Positions 1 through 11,008 of a stretch of DNA of 64,000 nt are shown piece by piece. The notes beneath the pieces are model-generated. The model saw nothing but the letters and a program-made list of their open reading frames with translations. It ran no database searches and was not told the origin of the DNA. A program made the position numbers and the translations under genes. Numbering within the stretch: position 1 is the first letter of the stretch; each line of letters begins with the position of its first letter. Origin of the DNA: a candidate division FCPU426 bacterium (GTDB lineage: Bacteria; Oederibacteriota; Muellerivitia; Muellerivitales; Muellerivitaceae); assembly GCA_963771075.1 (NCBI GenBank), contig CAVYSE010000026.1, positions 1 through 64,000 of the forward strand, given 5' to 3'.

Positions 1-692
1 GCGAAAAGCCCGTCAAACTCTTCGTTTTGGGCAAGAACGTCTGGCGGGAGGAGGAAGCCTGGCCGCTCGCGCGCGCCAGCGATACCCGCTATTATCTTCA
101 TTCTCTGGGCAAAGCGAACTCACTCAGCGGCGACGGGACGCTCAACACACACGGCTCCGGCCGAGCGAGCCGTCCGATCAGTACGTCTACGACCCGCAGA
201 ATCCTGCGCCGACGCGCGGCGGCCCTCTGTGCTGGGACTCCGCGCACTTGGCTCCCGGCGCGTTGACCAGCGTCCAGTGGAGACCCGCAGTGACGTGCTG
301 GTTTATTCTACGCCGCCGTTCGAAAAGGACATCGAGGTCACCGGCCCTGTCAGCGTTGAACTTTACGCCAGCTCATCCGCCGTGGATACCGATTTCACCG
401 GCAAGTTAGTGGACGTGTGGCCGAATGGATTTGCGCAAAATCTCACGGAGGGAATTCTGCGCGCCCGTTACCGCAACTCCCCGGAAAAAGTCGAGTTCAT
501 GAATCCGGGCGAGGTCTACAAGCTCAATCTAGACCTCTGGGCCACCTCGAATGTCTTCCTCAAGGGGCACAGGCTGCGGTTGGAAATCTCCAGCAGCAAC
601 TTTCCACGCTTTGACCGCAACCTGAACACGGGCGAAGATCAGGGCCATGGCACTCGATGGGTGAAGGCTACCAACACGATTTGCCACACGAT
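1..692 (+). pseudogene. C-terminal fragment of a CocE/NonD family hydrolase (PepX_C-like domain), frameshifted and truncated
   Basis: Stitched frames give EKPVKLFVLGKNVWREEEAWPLARASDTRYYLHS / PSDQYVYDPQNPAPTRGGPLC / DQRPVETRSDVLVYSTPP..VTGPVSVELYASSSAVDTDFTGKLVDVWPNG..GHRLRLEISSSNFPRFDRNLNTG..ATNTICH. At least two frame changes, at ~150-167 and ~262. Homology stops abruptly at ~692. Confidence 0.85.
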
Positions 693-3600
693 TGGGTGGG
701 GGTGTGGGTCCATGTCAAAGACCATGTGAGGGTGGTCGTAGCCGTGTTCGTGAAAGTTTTCGTGAGGGTATGGGTGTTCGTAACCGTGAAAGTGCTTGTC
801 AGGGTTGGGGTATTGGTAATAGTGGGGGAAAATGGGAAGGTGTTCGTCGCGGTCGGTGTGACCGTCGGCGTTCTCGTCACTGTGAGGGTGGGAGTAACCG
901 TGGGCGTATAGGTCCTGGTCGGGGTAACGGTTAAGGTTGGGGTGGATGTCGAAGTGGCCGTGAAAGTATTGGTAGGCGTCACTGTGGGGGTCCAGGTCCG
1001 GGTCACCGTCGGAGTGGGCGTCACCGTGGGAGTATCCGTGATCGTGGGGGTCAGCGGGAAGGTATTCGTCCAGGTCGGTGTGACCGTTGGCGTCCTTGTC
1101 ACCGTGACGGTGGGGGTCACCGTGGGCGTATAGGTGAAGGTCGGCGTGAAGGTTTGAGTGGGGGTTACGGTATTCGTGCGGGTAGGGGTCACGGTTGGGG
1201 TATAGGTAGGGGTGGCCGTGTATGTGTTCGTGGGGCTAATGGTGGGCGTGATTGTATTCGTATTCGTCGGTGTGACCGTGTTGGTATGCGTAGGCGTCAC
1301 GGTGGGGGTGTTGGTGTTAGTCGGGGTCACCGTGGGTGTGATTGTATTGGTAGGTGTCACTGTATTGGTTTTCGTCGGAGTAACAGTAGGGGTATGGGTG
1401 GGCGTTACGGTTGGGGTCACGGTGGGGGTGTTGGTAGGCGAGACCGTGTTCGTGTAGGTGGGTGTAACGGTAGGCGTAAAAGTATTCGTCACGGTATAAG
1501 TATTCGTAGGCGTCACCGTTGGGGTAAAGGTATTCGTCCGAGTGGGTGTAAGGGTGGGAGTGACGGTGGGCGTGAACGTGTTCGTTGGCGTTGGGGTCAA
1601 GGTGGGAGTCCGGGTAGGAGTCATCGTAGGTGTCCAAGTCGGGGTCACGGTGGGCGTTGAGGAGGTCACCGTGCAAAGCATGGTGGTCTGAAACTCCACC
1701 GTGTTGGAAGTCAAGGGAGCGCCCCCCGCGTAGCTCAAGACAGCGTTGTTGAGGACGTTGCAAGGCCCCCCCGGGACAGGGTACCAACTGGAACCAACGG
1801 TAAAAGTGACCGAATCGGAAAAACCATATCCCGGAAAACCTTCGGGGTAAACCCAATAGAAAGCCTCGAAGTTGCCCCCAATGGTCACCCAGTAGAAATT
1901 CGGCCCCAAGGGGGGATTCAACCAAGGATTTTCCCAACCCGGTAAACCTGTGTTCCAATCTTTATAGTAGAAGTTCCATTCGTTGAAATAACCGCCACTG
2001 GATGAGTAATAAAGGGCCGGCCCCGGATTGCCTTCCGATACGGTCACCGGCCCGGTATAAGGCCCCCCGCTGTTGGTGGTTTTTACCACGTAAGTCACGG
2101 GTCCTCCAATTATGCCGGTAGTCGCGCCCAGGATCGACTTTTGGATGGCCAGGGTCGGTTGAGGGGTGGCCGTGGCGCAGGGAGCCGCGCCTCCCACATT
2201 GAAAGTATCCCGGAAGAGATATTCCTGGTATTGGCCTTGGAAGGATGCCCCCGCCGTCGGGCCCAACCAGTCGATCAGGGTTCCGTTTGCGCTCAAAAGG
2301 GCGCTATAGCCCACCGGAACGGGCGGCATGGTATTAGCGCGCGCAAAATTCGCCGTCCATGATCCGTCCAGGGAAAACCCTGGGTAGTCCCATCCCGGGG
2401 GATAGGTTGGGTTATTGGAATACCCGGCGTAATGCCAAAGGATGTCCTCGTCGTTGCTGGTGATTTCCTGGCTTGGACAGCAGGAATAGTTGATGACCAG
2501 GTCCCAGCAGACACCCGAGTCGGAATAGTAGGTATCGGCCAGGTCAACGCCGAGCACGTTTTGGCCCAGGGCCAAGGCGCTGGTCAGGAGCGCCGGGTTG
2601 ATGTTAATGGTCGTCATATTGGCCCAACAGGTGACGGTTCCCGCCGGGCTCGCCCCGGCGGTGGATATGCAACTGCCGAGCAGGGTGCCGTTCATGTAAA
2701 AAGTGGCGTTGTCGTCGTCCAGAAATTTCAAGGTGGCGGAAGTGACCGTGCATCCCGAACTGACGTGGGTCGGCGTGATCGTGAACGTCTGCGTGGGGGA
2801 GCCGATAGTGGGGGTCGCCGAGGGGGAGCCCACGGTAGGGGTGGTTGTGTAGGTAGGCGTGGAAGTGGGGGTGAAGGTGTGGGTGGAAGGGCCGGGGGTC
2901 CAAGTAGGGCCGCAAGGAGGGAACTGGACGTTGCTTGTGGCGAAAAGGCCGGTCTGGCCGGCCACCGATGCGCCCAGGGGGTTGCATTCGTCCACGGGGC
3001 CGAGCGTGACGGAATCACCCCGCACGTCGGTCAGGATAAAGTTATAGGGGCCGGGTCCCATATTGCCGTTATTCGCCGTGTTCTCCCAATATTCGTCGTT
3101 TCCCGCGAAGGTCGTGGCCAGGGATAAGGGGATATAGGCGCCACCGCCGCTACTGACCTGCACCGCGGTGATGGGGAACAAGTAATCCATGAATTGGATC
3201 GGTGAATACCATGTGTTGCACGTGTCCTTAAAGTTGTAGGTGATGTTGTCCGTGGGGTTGGCGCCGCCCACGTTGAGCAGGTTCGCGGGACATTGGACGA
3301 ACGTCCAGGTGATATTGATTTGGCCTGGCATCCCTGGTTCAATGATGGCAAAGGCCGACGGCGACATGTCGATCTGGTCGGGGTTGATGCAAGTGCCGCA
3401 TTGATCCACGACCGTCATCGTGACTGATTTTCCGTTTCCGGTATCATGCACCGCCACGCAGGCTCCGCAAGCCAATCCGTTTTGGTAATCATTTCTTGTA
3501 TGGCCGTCAATGGCGCAGTAGAGATTCGGATCGTAATCGCCGACGGCATATCCGCAATTTCCGGTGCCCGGATACTCAACGAGGTTCTGGTAAAAAGTGC

Positions 3601-3799
3601 CGACGGTTGAATAGGTGGTGGGCCCTCCCGGGTCTTGGGGACAATAGTTGGAAGAGGTCACCACTTGGGCATGAAGAAATGACGCTTCACCTAAGACTAG
3701 GAAAATAGCCGTTAAGAGCCTGGTAACACGCACTATCAAACGAATCAGGGCCGCGCTCCCTATGAGGGGGGGTATGAAATCGTTTTTATAAATCGACAC
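668..3799 (-). CDS. Secreted bacterial expansin (DPBB + CBM63-like) with further beta-sandwich/DUF11-like domains and a Thr/Pro stalk; true C-terminus probably lost at the ~692 junction
   Basis: Signal-peptide-like N-terminus (..SFLHA-QV). Expansin motifs [87 protein letters not shown] resembles DUF11. About 320 aa of TPTxT repeats. GTG start uncertain. Confidence 0.85.
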   Translation of the reverse strand: MSIYKNDFIPPLIGSAALIRLIVRVTRLLTAIFLVLGEASFLHAQVVTSSNYCPQDPGGPTTYSTVGTFYQNLVEYPGTGNCGYAVGDYDPNLYCAIDGHTRNDYQNGLACGACVAVHDTGNGKSVTMTVVDQCGTCINPDQIDMSPSAFAIIEPGMPGQINITWTFVQCPANLLNVGGANPTDNITYNFKDTCNTWYSPIQFMDYLFPITAVQVSSGGGAYIPLSLATTFAGNDEYWENTANNGNMGPGPYNFILTDVRGDSVTLGPVDECNPLGASVAGQTGLFATSNVQFPPCGPTWTPGPSTHTFTPTSTPTYTTTPTVGSPSATPTIGSPTQTFTITPTHVSSGCTVTSATLKFLDDDNATFYMNGTLLGSCISTAGASPAGTVTCWANMTTININPALLTSALALGQNVLGVDLADTYYSDSGVCWDLVINYSCCPSQEITSNDEDILWHYAGYSNNPTYPPGWDYPGFSLDGSWTANFARANTMPPVPVGYSALLSANGTLIDWLGPTAGASFQGQYQEYLFRDTFNVGGAAPCATATPQPTLAIQKSILGATTGIIGGPVTYVVKTTNSGGPYTGPVTVSEGNPGPALYYSSSGGYFNEWNFYYKDWNTGLPGWENPWLNPPLGPNFYWVTIGGNFEAFYWVYPEGFPGYGFSDSVTFTVGSSWYPVPGGPCNVLNNAVLSYAGGAPLTSNTVEFQTTMLCTVTSSTPTVTPTWTPTMTPTRTPTLTPTPTNTFTPTVTPTLTPTRTNTFTPTVTPTNTYTVTNTFTPTVTPTYTNTVSPTNTPTVTPTVTPTHTPTVTPTKTNTVTPTNTITPTVTPTNTNTPTVTPTHTNTVTPTNTNTITPTISPTNTYTATPTYTPTVTPTRTNTVTPTQTFTPTFTYTPTVTPTVTVTRTPTVTPTWTNTFPLTPTITDTPTVTPTPTVTRTWTPTVTPTNTFTATSTSTPTLTVTPTRTYTPTVTPTLTVTRTPTVTPTATNTFPFSPTITNTPTLTSTFTVTNTHTLTKTFTNTATTTLTWSLTWTHTPTQSCGKSCW

Positions 3800-3833
3800 T
3801 TAGTTTCTCTTTTCATCAAAGGGTTAGCTCTTA

Positions 3834-4605
3834 AAAAACTCGTTTTATCTCAAGATGAGAAGTTTGCCCACGGCGCGATGCCCGTTGACTGTCACTACCA
3901 CGTAGTAGACCCCGTTGGCCAGGGGGTTGCCCGACGGGCCCGTCAATTGGATCGTAATGGGCGTTCCCGGCGCCATCGGGCCATAGGAGTGGTCCTGCAC
4001 TTTCCGGAAGGCCAAGGTGTATATCTCCACCCTCACGGTTTGGATTCCCACATAGGGCGGTGGCAGGATTTGAACCGTGGGCCCGGTCGCCGGGTTGGGA
4101 TAGATCCCCACATGGCCCGACGGCACCGTGGCGATGGGAGTGATCGACCAGGTCAGGGTGGGTGTGGCCGAGGCCAAGGGGGTGGCGGTGATGGACGCCG
4201 TGAAGGTGGCCGTGGAAGTCAGGGTCGGGGTCATCGTACCCGTGGGGATCGGTGTTCCGGTCCAGGTGGAAGTGGGGCTGGATGAAGCCGTCATCGAAAC
4301 AGTGGGCGTGAAGGTAAAGGTAGGAGTGGAAGTGGAAGTAAATGAGAAGGTTGATGTGAAAGTGGGTGTGGATGTTGCGGTCAGGGTGGCTGTATTGGAG
4401 GAGGTGGGCGTCATCGACCCAGTGGGTGTTGAGGTGTTCGTCCAAGAGGCGGTTGGGCTGAAGGTGGGGGTGGCGGTGGGTGTCCGGGTTGGGGTCGCGC
4501 TCTCCGTCACTGTCGGTGTCCAGCTAAAGGTCGCGGTGCTTGTGGAGGAGGCCGTCAAAGTCACGGTGAGCGTCAAGGATGGCACCGGAGTTTGGCTGGG
4601 GGTCA
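3834..4605. repeat. 772 bp direct repeat, copy 1 (3' end of the GH30 gene plus 11 bp downstream)
   Basis: Matches 11009-11780 at offset 7175. Both ends read directly; overlapping ORFs in several frames translate identically in the two copies. Confidence 0.9.
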
Positions 4606-7600
4606 ACGAGAACACCGGCGTCAAAGTTAGGGTGCTTGAAACCGTCGAGGTCAAGGTTTCCGTGGCTGTCGCCGATGAGGTCGCGGTGCCTGTAGTGGTA
4701 GAAGACGCGGTTTGCGTTTTCGTCTGGGTTGATGTGGGTGGTAGCGTTGGAGTCCAGGAGGCTGTCGTGCTGGGAGTCGTCGAATCCGTTGGCGTGGAAG
4801 TGTCCTGAACCGTCCAAGTCGATGTAGGCGAAAGGGTTTGGGATGGGCTGAATTGCAAAGTTGCGGTGGGTGTTCCCGAAAGTGTGGGAGTCAAAGTCGC
4901 GCTCGCCGTCGAGCTAGGGGTCCCAGTGGCTGTGTTCGATCGCGTCCAGGTGAGGGTCGCCGTGGAGGTCCAGGTACTGGAAGGAGTGGCGGAATCGGTA
5001 GCGGTTGATGTCGGAACGAGGCTATGGGTCGAAGTGGCCGTGGGGGTGAGGGTAACCGTCGCGCTGAACTGCAAGGTAGCCGTGGGGGTCCCGCTTGGAA
5101 TGGGGGTTCCCGTGGCCGTCTTTGTTGGAGGATTAGTATAAGTGGCCGAGGAGGTGCTCGTTAGAGAGGGGGTTGAGCTAGAAGTAAAGGTTCCGCTGGG
5201 GGTCGGGGTAGAGGAAGCCGTGGATGTGCGCGTGAAGGTTGCCGATGGGGTACTCGTCAAGGTGGCGGAATTCATGGGGGTGTTCGTGATCGTGAGGGTA
5301 TTCACCGGAGTCAACGTGATGGTCGAAGTTAGGGTCGGAGTAACGGTCAATGTGGGGGTCCGGGTCGCCGTTGAGGTCGGCGTGGAAGTGATCGTCGAAG
5401 TCCAGGTCCGGGAGGATGTGGGGGTGGAGGTTACCGAGAGTGTGGCCGTGGAAGAAGCGGTGGAAGTCCGGGTGAGGGTGCCGGTGGAAGTGCTCGTGGC
5501 GGTGTTGGCCACCGTATTCACGGGGGTGGAGCTGGAGGTCGCTGTGGAGGTAGCGGTTAGGGTAAGGGTCGCGGACAAAGTGGGGGTCAGTGTCACCATT
5601 TGAGTCCGGGTAGGAGTTAGGGTCATCGTGCTGGTATATGTCCGTGTGGAAGTTAAGGTAGGCGTTGAAGTAGCGGTGTTGGCAAGGGTCGCGGTCCAAC
5701 TAGCCGTTAAAGTGGTAGTACTCGTCGGCGTTCGGGAGCGGGTGGCGGAGGGAGAGGGACTGAGGGTGACAGTAGATGTCAAGGAGGGTGTTAGGGCGGG
5801 GGTAGAGGTTCGTGTGGGCGTTGCGTTGCCCGTGTTCGTGGGACTCGTTGTGGGCGTGGTCCCGGGGCAGTAATTCCCTATCGCCCGGACGTTATCCACC
5901 TGAAAGTTCATGGTGAGTACGCTGTCATTCGCCCATTGAAGTCCACTGACCTGGTTTTGCCCGAAAGGCTGGGGGGGGGTCCCAAAACCCCTTTGCGCGG
6001 TTTGATTGAAATAAACGGTGACCGCCGTCCAGGCGGCGGGCGCGACAAAGGTTACTCCGTAATGGTCTCCGGTTGTGACCGTGGCGCTTTCAATCTGGAA
6101 CCAGTAGGTTCCCCCGTCCCCTTTCACGTCAAAAGCGATTCCCACATAGTTGGAAAGATCCGTGGTCCCGCTGCTCAAGGGGCAGCTCAAGCCTCCGTAA
6201 CCGCCCGAATCGAGCGTTCCGCTCATGGAGGCGGAATAATTGGAAGTTCCACCCGATCCTCCGGTGGCGATCGAGAAGGTTAAATTACTACCGGTATCCT
6301 CGTAATCGGACCAGGTTCCTCCCCACAAATTCGTGGTACTGTTGGTCGGAAAGTCGTCGATCATGCAGTAGGCGCCCGGGATGGGAGTATGGGTGGCCGT
6401 AAAGGTCGCTGTCGGAGGAAGGGTGTTGGTAGGCGTGGCGGTGGGCCCGAAGGAACTCGTGGACCCCACGAATGAAACCACGCTGGAAACCGGCAGAGAA
6501 TAGGTGAAGCTTCCCCCGGAGACCGCCACCGCCGCCTTCTCCGTGAGGTTGTCGTTGAGGCCCGTCAGCCACGGTGTCACTGAGGTAGCGGTGATCCCCG
6601 TTAGGCTGAAGGTTTGGTTGACTGCCGCAGCGCTTCCATTGATAGCAACGATAATGAACTGACCCGAGGTGGCGTTTTTAAAAGCGGAAACCGAAACACC
6701 CGCCGAAGGGTTTGCCGTAGCGGATATGAGGTAGGAACCCGGACGAACGAATCTGCTCCAATTTCCCATGACATACAATCTTTTTGAGATAGTGCCGTCC
6801 GATTCGACCAGGCCGCCATTGTCCGTGCCGGTGCTCTGGAGCCACCAGTAATGAAAAGCGTTCATATTTGAGTTGACTAAAGATTTGTGAATGAGTCCCG
6901 CGACATAAAGGCCGGATCCCATGGAAGGATCGGGGGAGGCGCTGATTTGATCGTAAATTTCCGTTTCCCAATATTCGCGGGTAACTCCATTGGGCGGGTT
7001 AAGCTGGGTGTCCGCGAAAGAAATCGGGCCTGATCCATAAAGGTGGGTGCCGATAAAAGAAATATAGGTGGCCGCAGCCGCGTCGTCCAAGGTCGTGGTA
7101 GCGTCGCCGTCGCCCGTACTGCCGGAGGTGAGAAGGCTGTTCTTGGAAGGCTCGGGTATCATGATTTTGGTGGTATTGCCTCTAAATGTTGGCCCCATAC
7201 CCTGTGAAATGAAATCGTGAAAAACCTGGCCAGTCCATATGCCGGATTCGTAAGTGACATTTTGATCGGGTTCGTTTTGTGGGGATATGCACATAAGGGT
7301 GACGCCTTGGCTTTGGCAAAAATTGGCATAATTGAGCAGGTATTGGGCGTAGGCGCCGTAATCGGCCGCTAAAAGCATTCCCCCGTTATCCACGTTGCCA
7401 TTGCTCTTCCAGATCCCAGGCGGGGACCATTCGGTGGCCCAGATCTGCGTACAACCCAGTCCCAGGGCCTGCTTCATAACTTGCAGTTCTCCCTGGTCGG
7501 TGACGGAAGTGCCTGTCGTAGGGTTGTCATAGGGAATGTGGCAGCGGAGCATGGACAGCCCCACCCCTGCGGCGCTGGTGACCCCTGCGTTTGTAACGGT

Positions 7601-7795
7601 GTTGGTGGAATCCCAAAAATCGGTCGAGAGTTGCGTGGTAAAAACGCTGGTATGCCAGGCGCTAGAGGCTCCGAATCCGCGGATGAACTGGTAGGTTTGA
7701 GTCGAATCAATGGTGGCGCTTCCCGCCCAAAGGCTGGAAGTGACGCCAAGAAGAATTGATAGGATCAATAATCGAAGGTTTTTTCGCGTCTTCAT
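3845..7795 (-). CDS. Secreted GH30 xylanase-like hydrolase + CIA30/CBM11-like module + ~580 aa Thr/Ser/Pro stalk + C-terminal sorting-like domain
   Basis: Signal peptide. Motifs [35 protein letters not shown] (acid/base), YWETE (nucleophile), [19 protein letters not shown]-like [23 protein letters not shown]. Ends [25 protein letters not shown]. Confidence 0.92.
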   Translation of the reverse strand: MKTRKNLRLLILSILLGVTSSLWAGSATIDSTQTYQFIRGFGASSAWHTSVFTTQLSTDFWDSTNTVTNAGVTSAAGVGLSMLRCHIPYDNPTTGTSVTDQGELQVMKQALGLGCTQIWATEWSPPGIWKSNGNVDNGGMLLAADYGAYAQYLLNYANFCQSQGVTLMCISPQNEPDQNVTYESGIWTGQVFHDFISQGMGPTFRGNTTKIMIPEPSKNSLLTSGSTGDGDATTTLDDAAAATYISFIGTHLYGSGPISFADTQLNPPNGVTREYWETEIYDQISASPDPSMGSGLYVAGLIHKSLVNSNMNAFHYWWLQSTGTDNGGLVESDGTISKRLYVMGNWSRFVRPGSYLISATANPSAGVSVSAFKNATSGQFIIVAINGSAAAVNQTFSLTGITATSVTPWLTGLNDNLTEKAAVAVSGGSFTYSLPVSSVVSFVGSTSSFGPTATPTNTLPPTATFTATHTPIPGAYCMIDDFPTNSTTNLWGGTWSDYEDTGSNLTFSIATGGSGGTSNYSASMSGTLDSGGYGGLSCPLSSGTTDLSNYVGIAFDVKGDGGTYWFQIESATVTTGDHYGVTFVAPAAWTAVTVYFNQTAQRGFGTPPQPFGQNQVSGLQWANDSVLTMNFQVDNVRAIGNYCPGTTPTTSPTNTGNATPTRTSTPALTPSLTSTVTLSPSPSATRSRTPTSTTTLTASWTATLANTATSTPTLTSTRTYTSTMTLTPTRTQMVTLTPTLSATLTLTATSTATSSSTPVNTVANTATSTSTGTLTRTSTASSTATLSVTSTPTSSRTWTSTITSTPTSTATRTPTLTVTPTLTSTITLTPVNTLTITNTPMNSATLTSTPSATFTRTSTASSTPTPSGTFTSSSTPSLTSTSSATYTNPPTKTATGTPIPSGTPTATLQFSATVTLTPTATSTHSLVPTSTATDSATPSSTWTSTATLTWTRSNTATGTPSSTASATLTPTLSGTPTATLQFSPSQTLSPTSTWTVQDTSTPTDSTTPSTTASWTPTLPPTSTQTKTQTASSTTTGTATSSATATETLTSTVSSTLTLTPVFSLTPSQTPVPSLTLTVTLTASSTSTATFSWTPTVTESATPTRTPTATPTFSPTASWTNTSTPTGSMTPTSSNTATLTATSTPTFTSTFSFTSTSTPTFTFTPTVSMTASSSPTSTWTGTPIPTGTMTPTLTSTATFTASITATPLASATPTLTWSITPIATVPSGHVGIYPNPATGPTVQILPPPYVGIQTVRVEIYTLAFRKVQDHSYGPMAPGTPITIQLTGPSGNPLANGVYYVVVTVNGHRAVGKLLILR

Positions 7796-7814
7796 TTTTT
7801 ACCTGGGAATTCCA

Positions 7815-10800
7815 CTATCTCAAAACCAGCAGTTTCCCGACGGCCCTTCTACTGCTGGTCGTCACTACAACGTAGTAGACCCCGTTGGCCAGGGGGTTGC
7901 CCGACGGGCCCGTTAATTGGATGGTAATGGGCGTTCCTGACGGCATCGGACCATAGGGGTGGTCCTGCACCTTCCGGAAGGCCAGGGTATAGATCTCCAC
8001 CCTCACGGTTTGGATTCCCTCGTAGGGCGGCGGCAGGATTTGAACCGTGGGCCCGGTCGCCGGGTTGGGATAGATCCCCACATGGCCCGCCGGTACCGTG
8101 GGGATGGGCGTGATGGATAAAGTCATGGTTTGCGTAGTCGTGGCCAGGGGCGTGGCCGTAATGGAAACCGTAAGGGTGGCCGTGAAAGTTCCGGTCGGGA
8201 TCATCGTACCCGTGGGGACCGGTGTCCCGGTCCAGCTGGAAGTGGGCGTGAACGAAGCCGTCATCGAAACACTAGGCGTAAAGGTATAGCTAGGCGTGGG
8301 GGTGGTGGTAAACGAGAAGGTTGATGTAAAAGTGGGTGTAGGTGTAAAGGTCAGGGTGGCTGTGTTCGAGTTGGTAGGCGTCATCGACCCAGTAGGCGTT
8401 GAGCTGACCGTCCAGGAGGCGGTGGAGCTAAAGGTAGGGGTGGAAGTGGGTGTCCGGGTCGGGGTCGCTGACTCCGTGACCGTCGGTGTCGAACTCATGG
8501 TCGGGGTGCATGTGGAGCTAGAGGTCGAACTAACAGTGGGCGTCAAGGATGGCACCGGGGTTTGACTGGGGGTTACCGAGAACACCGGGGTCAGAGTAAT
8601 GTTGCTCGAAACCGTCGATGTAAGGGTTTCCGTGGCTGTCGCCGACGATGTCACGGTGCCTGTATAGGTAGAAGACGCGGTTTGCGTATTCGTCTGGGTC
8701 GATGTGGATGTAAGCGTTGGAGTCCAGGAGGCGGTCGGGCTGGGCGTCGTCGAATCCGTTGGTGTGGACGTGACCTGAACCGTCCAAGTCGATGTAGGCG
8801 AAAGGGTTGGGGATGGGCTGAATTGCAAAGTTGCGGTGGGTGTTCCCGAAAGGATGGGCGTCGAAGTCTCGGTCGCAGTCGAGCTAGGGGTCCAAGTGGC
8901 TGTGATCGATCGCGTCCAGGTGGGGGTCTCCGTGGAGGTCCAGGAACTGGAAGCAGTGGCGGATTCGGTAGCAGACGATGTTGGAACCAGGCTATGGGTC
9001 GGAGTGGCCGTGGGGGTGAGGGTGATCGTCGCGCTGAAATGCAAGGTCGCCGTGGGTGTCCCGCTTGGAGTGGCGGTTCCGGTGGCCGTCTTTGTTGGAG
9101 TGTTAGTGTAAGTGGCCGAGGAGGTGCTCGTCAGCGAGGCCGTTGGGGTATGGGTAAAGGTACCGCTGAGGGTCGGGGTAGAGGAAGCTGTGTATGTGCG
9201 CGTGAAGGTTGCCGATGGGGTACTGGTCAAGGTGGCGGAATTCATGGGGGTGTTCGTGATCGTGAGGGTATTCACCGGAGTCAACGTGATGGTCGAAGTA
9301 CCGGTAACTGTGGGGGTCCGGGTAGCCGTTGAGGTCGGCGTGGAAGTGATCGTCGAAGTCCAGGTCCGGGAGGATGTGGCGGTATTCACAACTGTATTGG
9401 TTGGTGTGGAAGTAGCTGTCCTTGTGGCGGTCGAAGAAGGGGTATAGGCGTTAGTCGGCGTGGAGGTGGAAGTCGACGTAGAAGTAGAACTGAAGGTGCT
9501 TGTGGGAGTATGGGTACGGGTAAAGGTCGAAGTGGCGGTTGAAGTATTAGCGACCGTGTTCGTTGGGCTGGAGGTGGCGGTTCTTGTGGAAGTGAAAGAA
9601 ATTGTCTTAGTGGCTGTGGAGGTGGCAACAGGTGTGGGTGTTTTCGTGGCGGTCGAGGTGGAAGTACTAGTCGGAGTGGAAGTTTTGGTGGGTGTGAGGG
9701 TAAAGGTAGGCGTGTTACCGCCGGTACAGGCGGGATGGGTCAAGCCCATCAGCCAGGGATAGACCGTCTGCCCCTCATAGGAGGTCAGCACCCAGCCGGT
9801 AGTGCCGGTGGATACCGGGGCGGAGAGGGTCGAGGACCAGTCCGCAAGCAACATGGGCGACGCTTGGATATCCATGTCCCAAGCCATGCCGCCGTAGACG
9901 TAATTCTTGTCATTGGTGCCGTTAATGAAGGTGATCACGCTGTTCACGAAAGAGCCGCCGTCGGTGGTATTGGCCGAATTCCCGAATTCCTCGATGAACA
10001 CCGGGCCGTAGGTGAGGGCCGGGTCGATATTCTGTTCCCAGAGGGTGTTGCAGTTGCAACCGCCCTTATTGTTGTAGATGTGGGCCGAGTAGACGATGCC
10101 ATTGCCCCCGGCCTTATCCACCACCGGGCTCATGCCCTCGTAATAAAAGGAATACTGCTGGCCGCCGACGATGCAGATATTCTCGGCGTTGGTGCCGCTG
10201 GCCAGGGTGCTGCTGCCGCTGGCCGTGGTGCCCCGGATGGTGTTCACGATGGACTGCAGGCCCGGCGTGGTGAAACCCTCGGAGGTCGTGCCCCCGTCCA
10301 GCCAGACGGTCCAGGAAGTCGGGTAGGGCTCGTTGAAGGTGTCGAAGAGCACGGAGGGGTTGTTGGCGTAACGGGCGGCGACGCTGGCCCAGAAGACCAG
10401 GCTGTTCTCGTCGGGCATGGAATATTGCTCGGTAGCCGTGGCTGTGGAGCCGTCACCGGACCATTGCAGGTCAATGTCGCAGTAGATGTTGTTGGCGTTG
10501 CAATAAGCCACCAGGGAATCCACGAAGCTTTGGTAGGCCGCTTGGCTGGTGGTACCCCGGTTCGTGGGGCTGGTTTGCGCGTTGCCGTCCCACCAATCCT
10601 GGTCCAGGGGAATGCGGACGCAATTGACGTTCCAATACTTCACCGCTTCCTGTAACTGTGTCATGACCCCGTTGCCGCCGGAAGGCCCGTCCCCCGGCTG
10701 GGCTTCCCATTCCAGGGAATCAAGGTTCACGCCGGTTAGGCGCACGGTGCAGCCACCGGATGCGGTGACGATTTGGTTTCCGGAAACTTTCAGCGGGGGC

Positions 10801-10913
10801 GGAGCGGCTCCAAGGGGTGAAAAACATTCCAAATAAAATACAACCAGAGCCAAATTAAATGCCCTAAGCATCAGTTCTTGAAACGTTTTAGTAGATGTTC
10901 GCGTAAAGATCAT
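7815..10913 (-). CDS. Secreted GH5 endoglucanase-like hydrolase + Thr/Ser/Pro stalk + C-terminal sorting-like domain
   Basis: LKVSGNQIV, RLTGVN, VNCVRIPL, FWASVAARYANNPSVLFDTFNEP (acid/base), YSAHIY, PVFIEEFG (nucleophile), MAW. Same C-terminal domain as its neighbours (..VGKLLVLR). Start could be the second Met. Confidence 0.92.
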   Translation of the reverse strand: MIFTRTSTKTFQELMLRAFNLALVVFYLECFSPLGAAPPPLKVSGNQIVTASGGCTVRLTGVNLDSLEWEAQPGDGPSGGNGVMTQLQEAVKYWNVNCVRIPLDQDWWDGNAQTSPTNRGTTSQAAYQSFVDSLVAYCNANNIYCDIDLQWSGDGSTATATEQYSMPDENSLVFWASVAARYANNPSVLFDTFNEPYPTSWTVWLDGGTTSEGFTTPGLQSIVNTIRGTTASGSSTLASGTNAENICIVGGQQYSFYYEGMSPVVDKAGGNGIVYSAHIYNNKGGCNCNTLWEQNIDPALTYGPVFIEEFGNSANTTDGGSFVNSVITFINGTNDKNYVYGGMAWDMDIQASPMLLADWSSTLSAPVSTGTTGWVLTSYEGQTVYPWLMGLTHPACTGGNTPTFTLTPTKTSTPTSTSTSTATKTPTPVATSTATKTISFTSTRTATSSPTNTVANTSTATSTFTRTHTPTSTFSSTSTSTSTSTPTNAYTPSSTATRTATSTPTNTVVNTATSSRTWTSTITSTPTSTATRTPTVTGTSTITLTPVNTLTITNTPMNSATLTSTPSATFTRTYTASSTPTLSGTFTHTPTASLTSTSSATYTNTPTKTATGTATPSGTPTATLHFSATITLTPTATPTHSLVPTSSATESATASSSWTSTETPTWTRSITATWTPSSTATETSTPILSGTPTATLQFSPSPTLSPTSTWTVQVTSTPTDSTTPSPTASWTPTLTSTSTQTNTQTASSTYTGTVTSSATATETLTSTVSSNITLTPVFSVTPSQTPVPSLTPTVSSTSSSTCTPTMSSTPTVTESATPTRTPTSTPTFSSTASWTVSSTPTGSMTPTNSNTATLTFTPTPTFTSTFSFTTTPTPSYTFTPSVSMTASFTPTSSWTGTPVPTGTMIPTGTFTATLTVSITATPLATTTQTMTLSITPIPTVPAGHVGIYPNPATGPTVQILPPPYEGIQTVRVEIYTLAFRKVQDHPYGPMPSGTPITIQLTGPSGNPLANGVYYVVVTTSSRRAVGKLLVLR

Positions 10914-11008
10914 GTTGTAACTTCTAACTCCATTTCTACCGAGACAGCATTTGAACTGGAAACACTTCTTCCGAAATGTTCAAGTTTTAAGCACCATTCC
11001 CACATAAG

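Noticed and set aside
692..1660. Thr-x-Thr arrays as ice-nucleation or antifreeze repeats
   Set aside because: Frequent Pro and no fixed-length repeat unit; the position between enzyme head and anchor fits a stalk.
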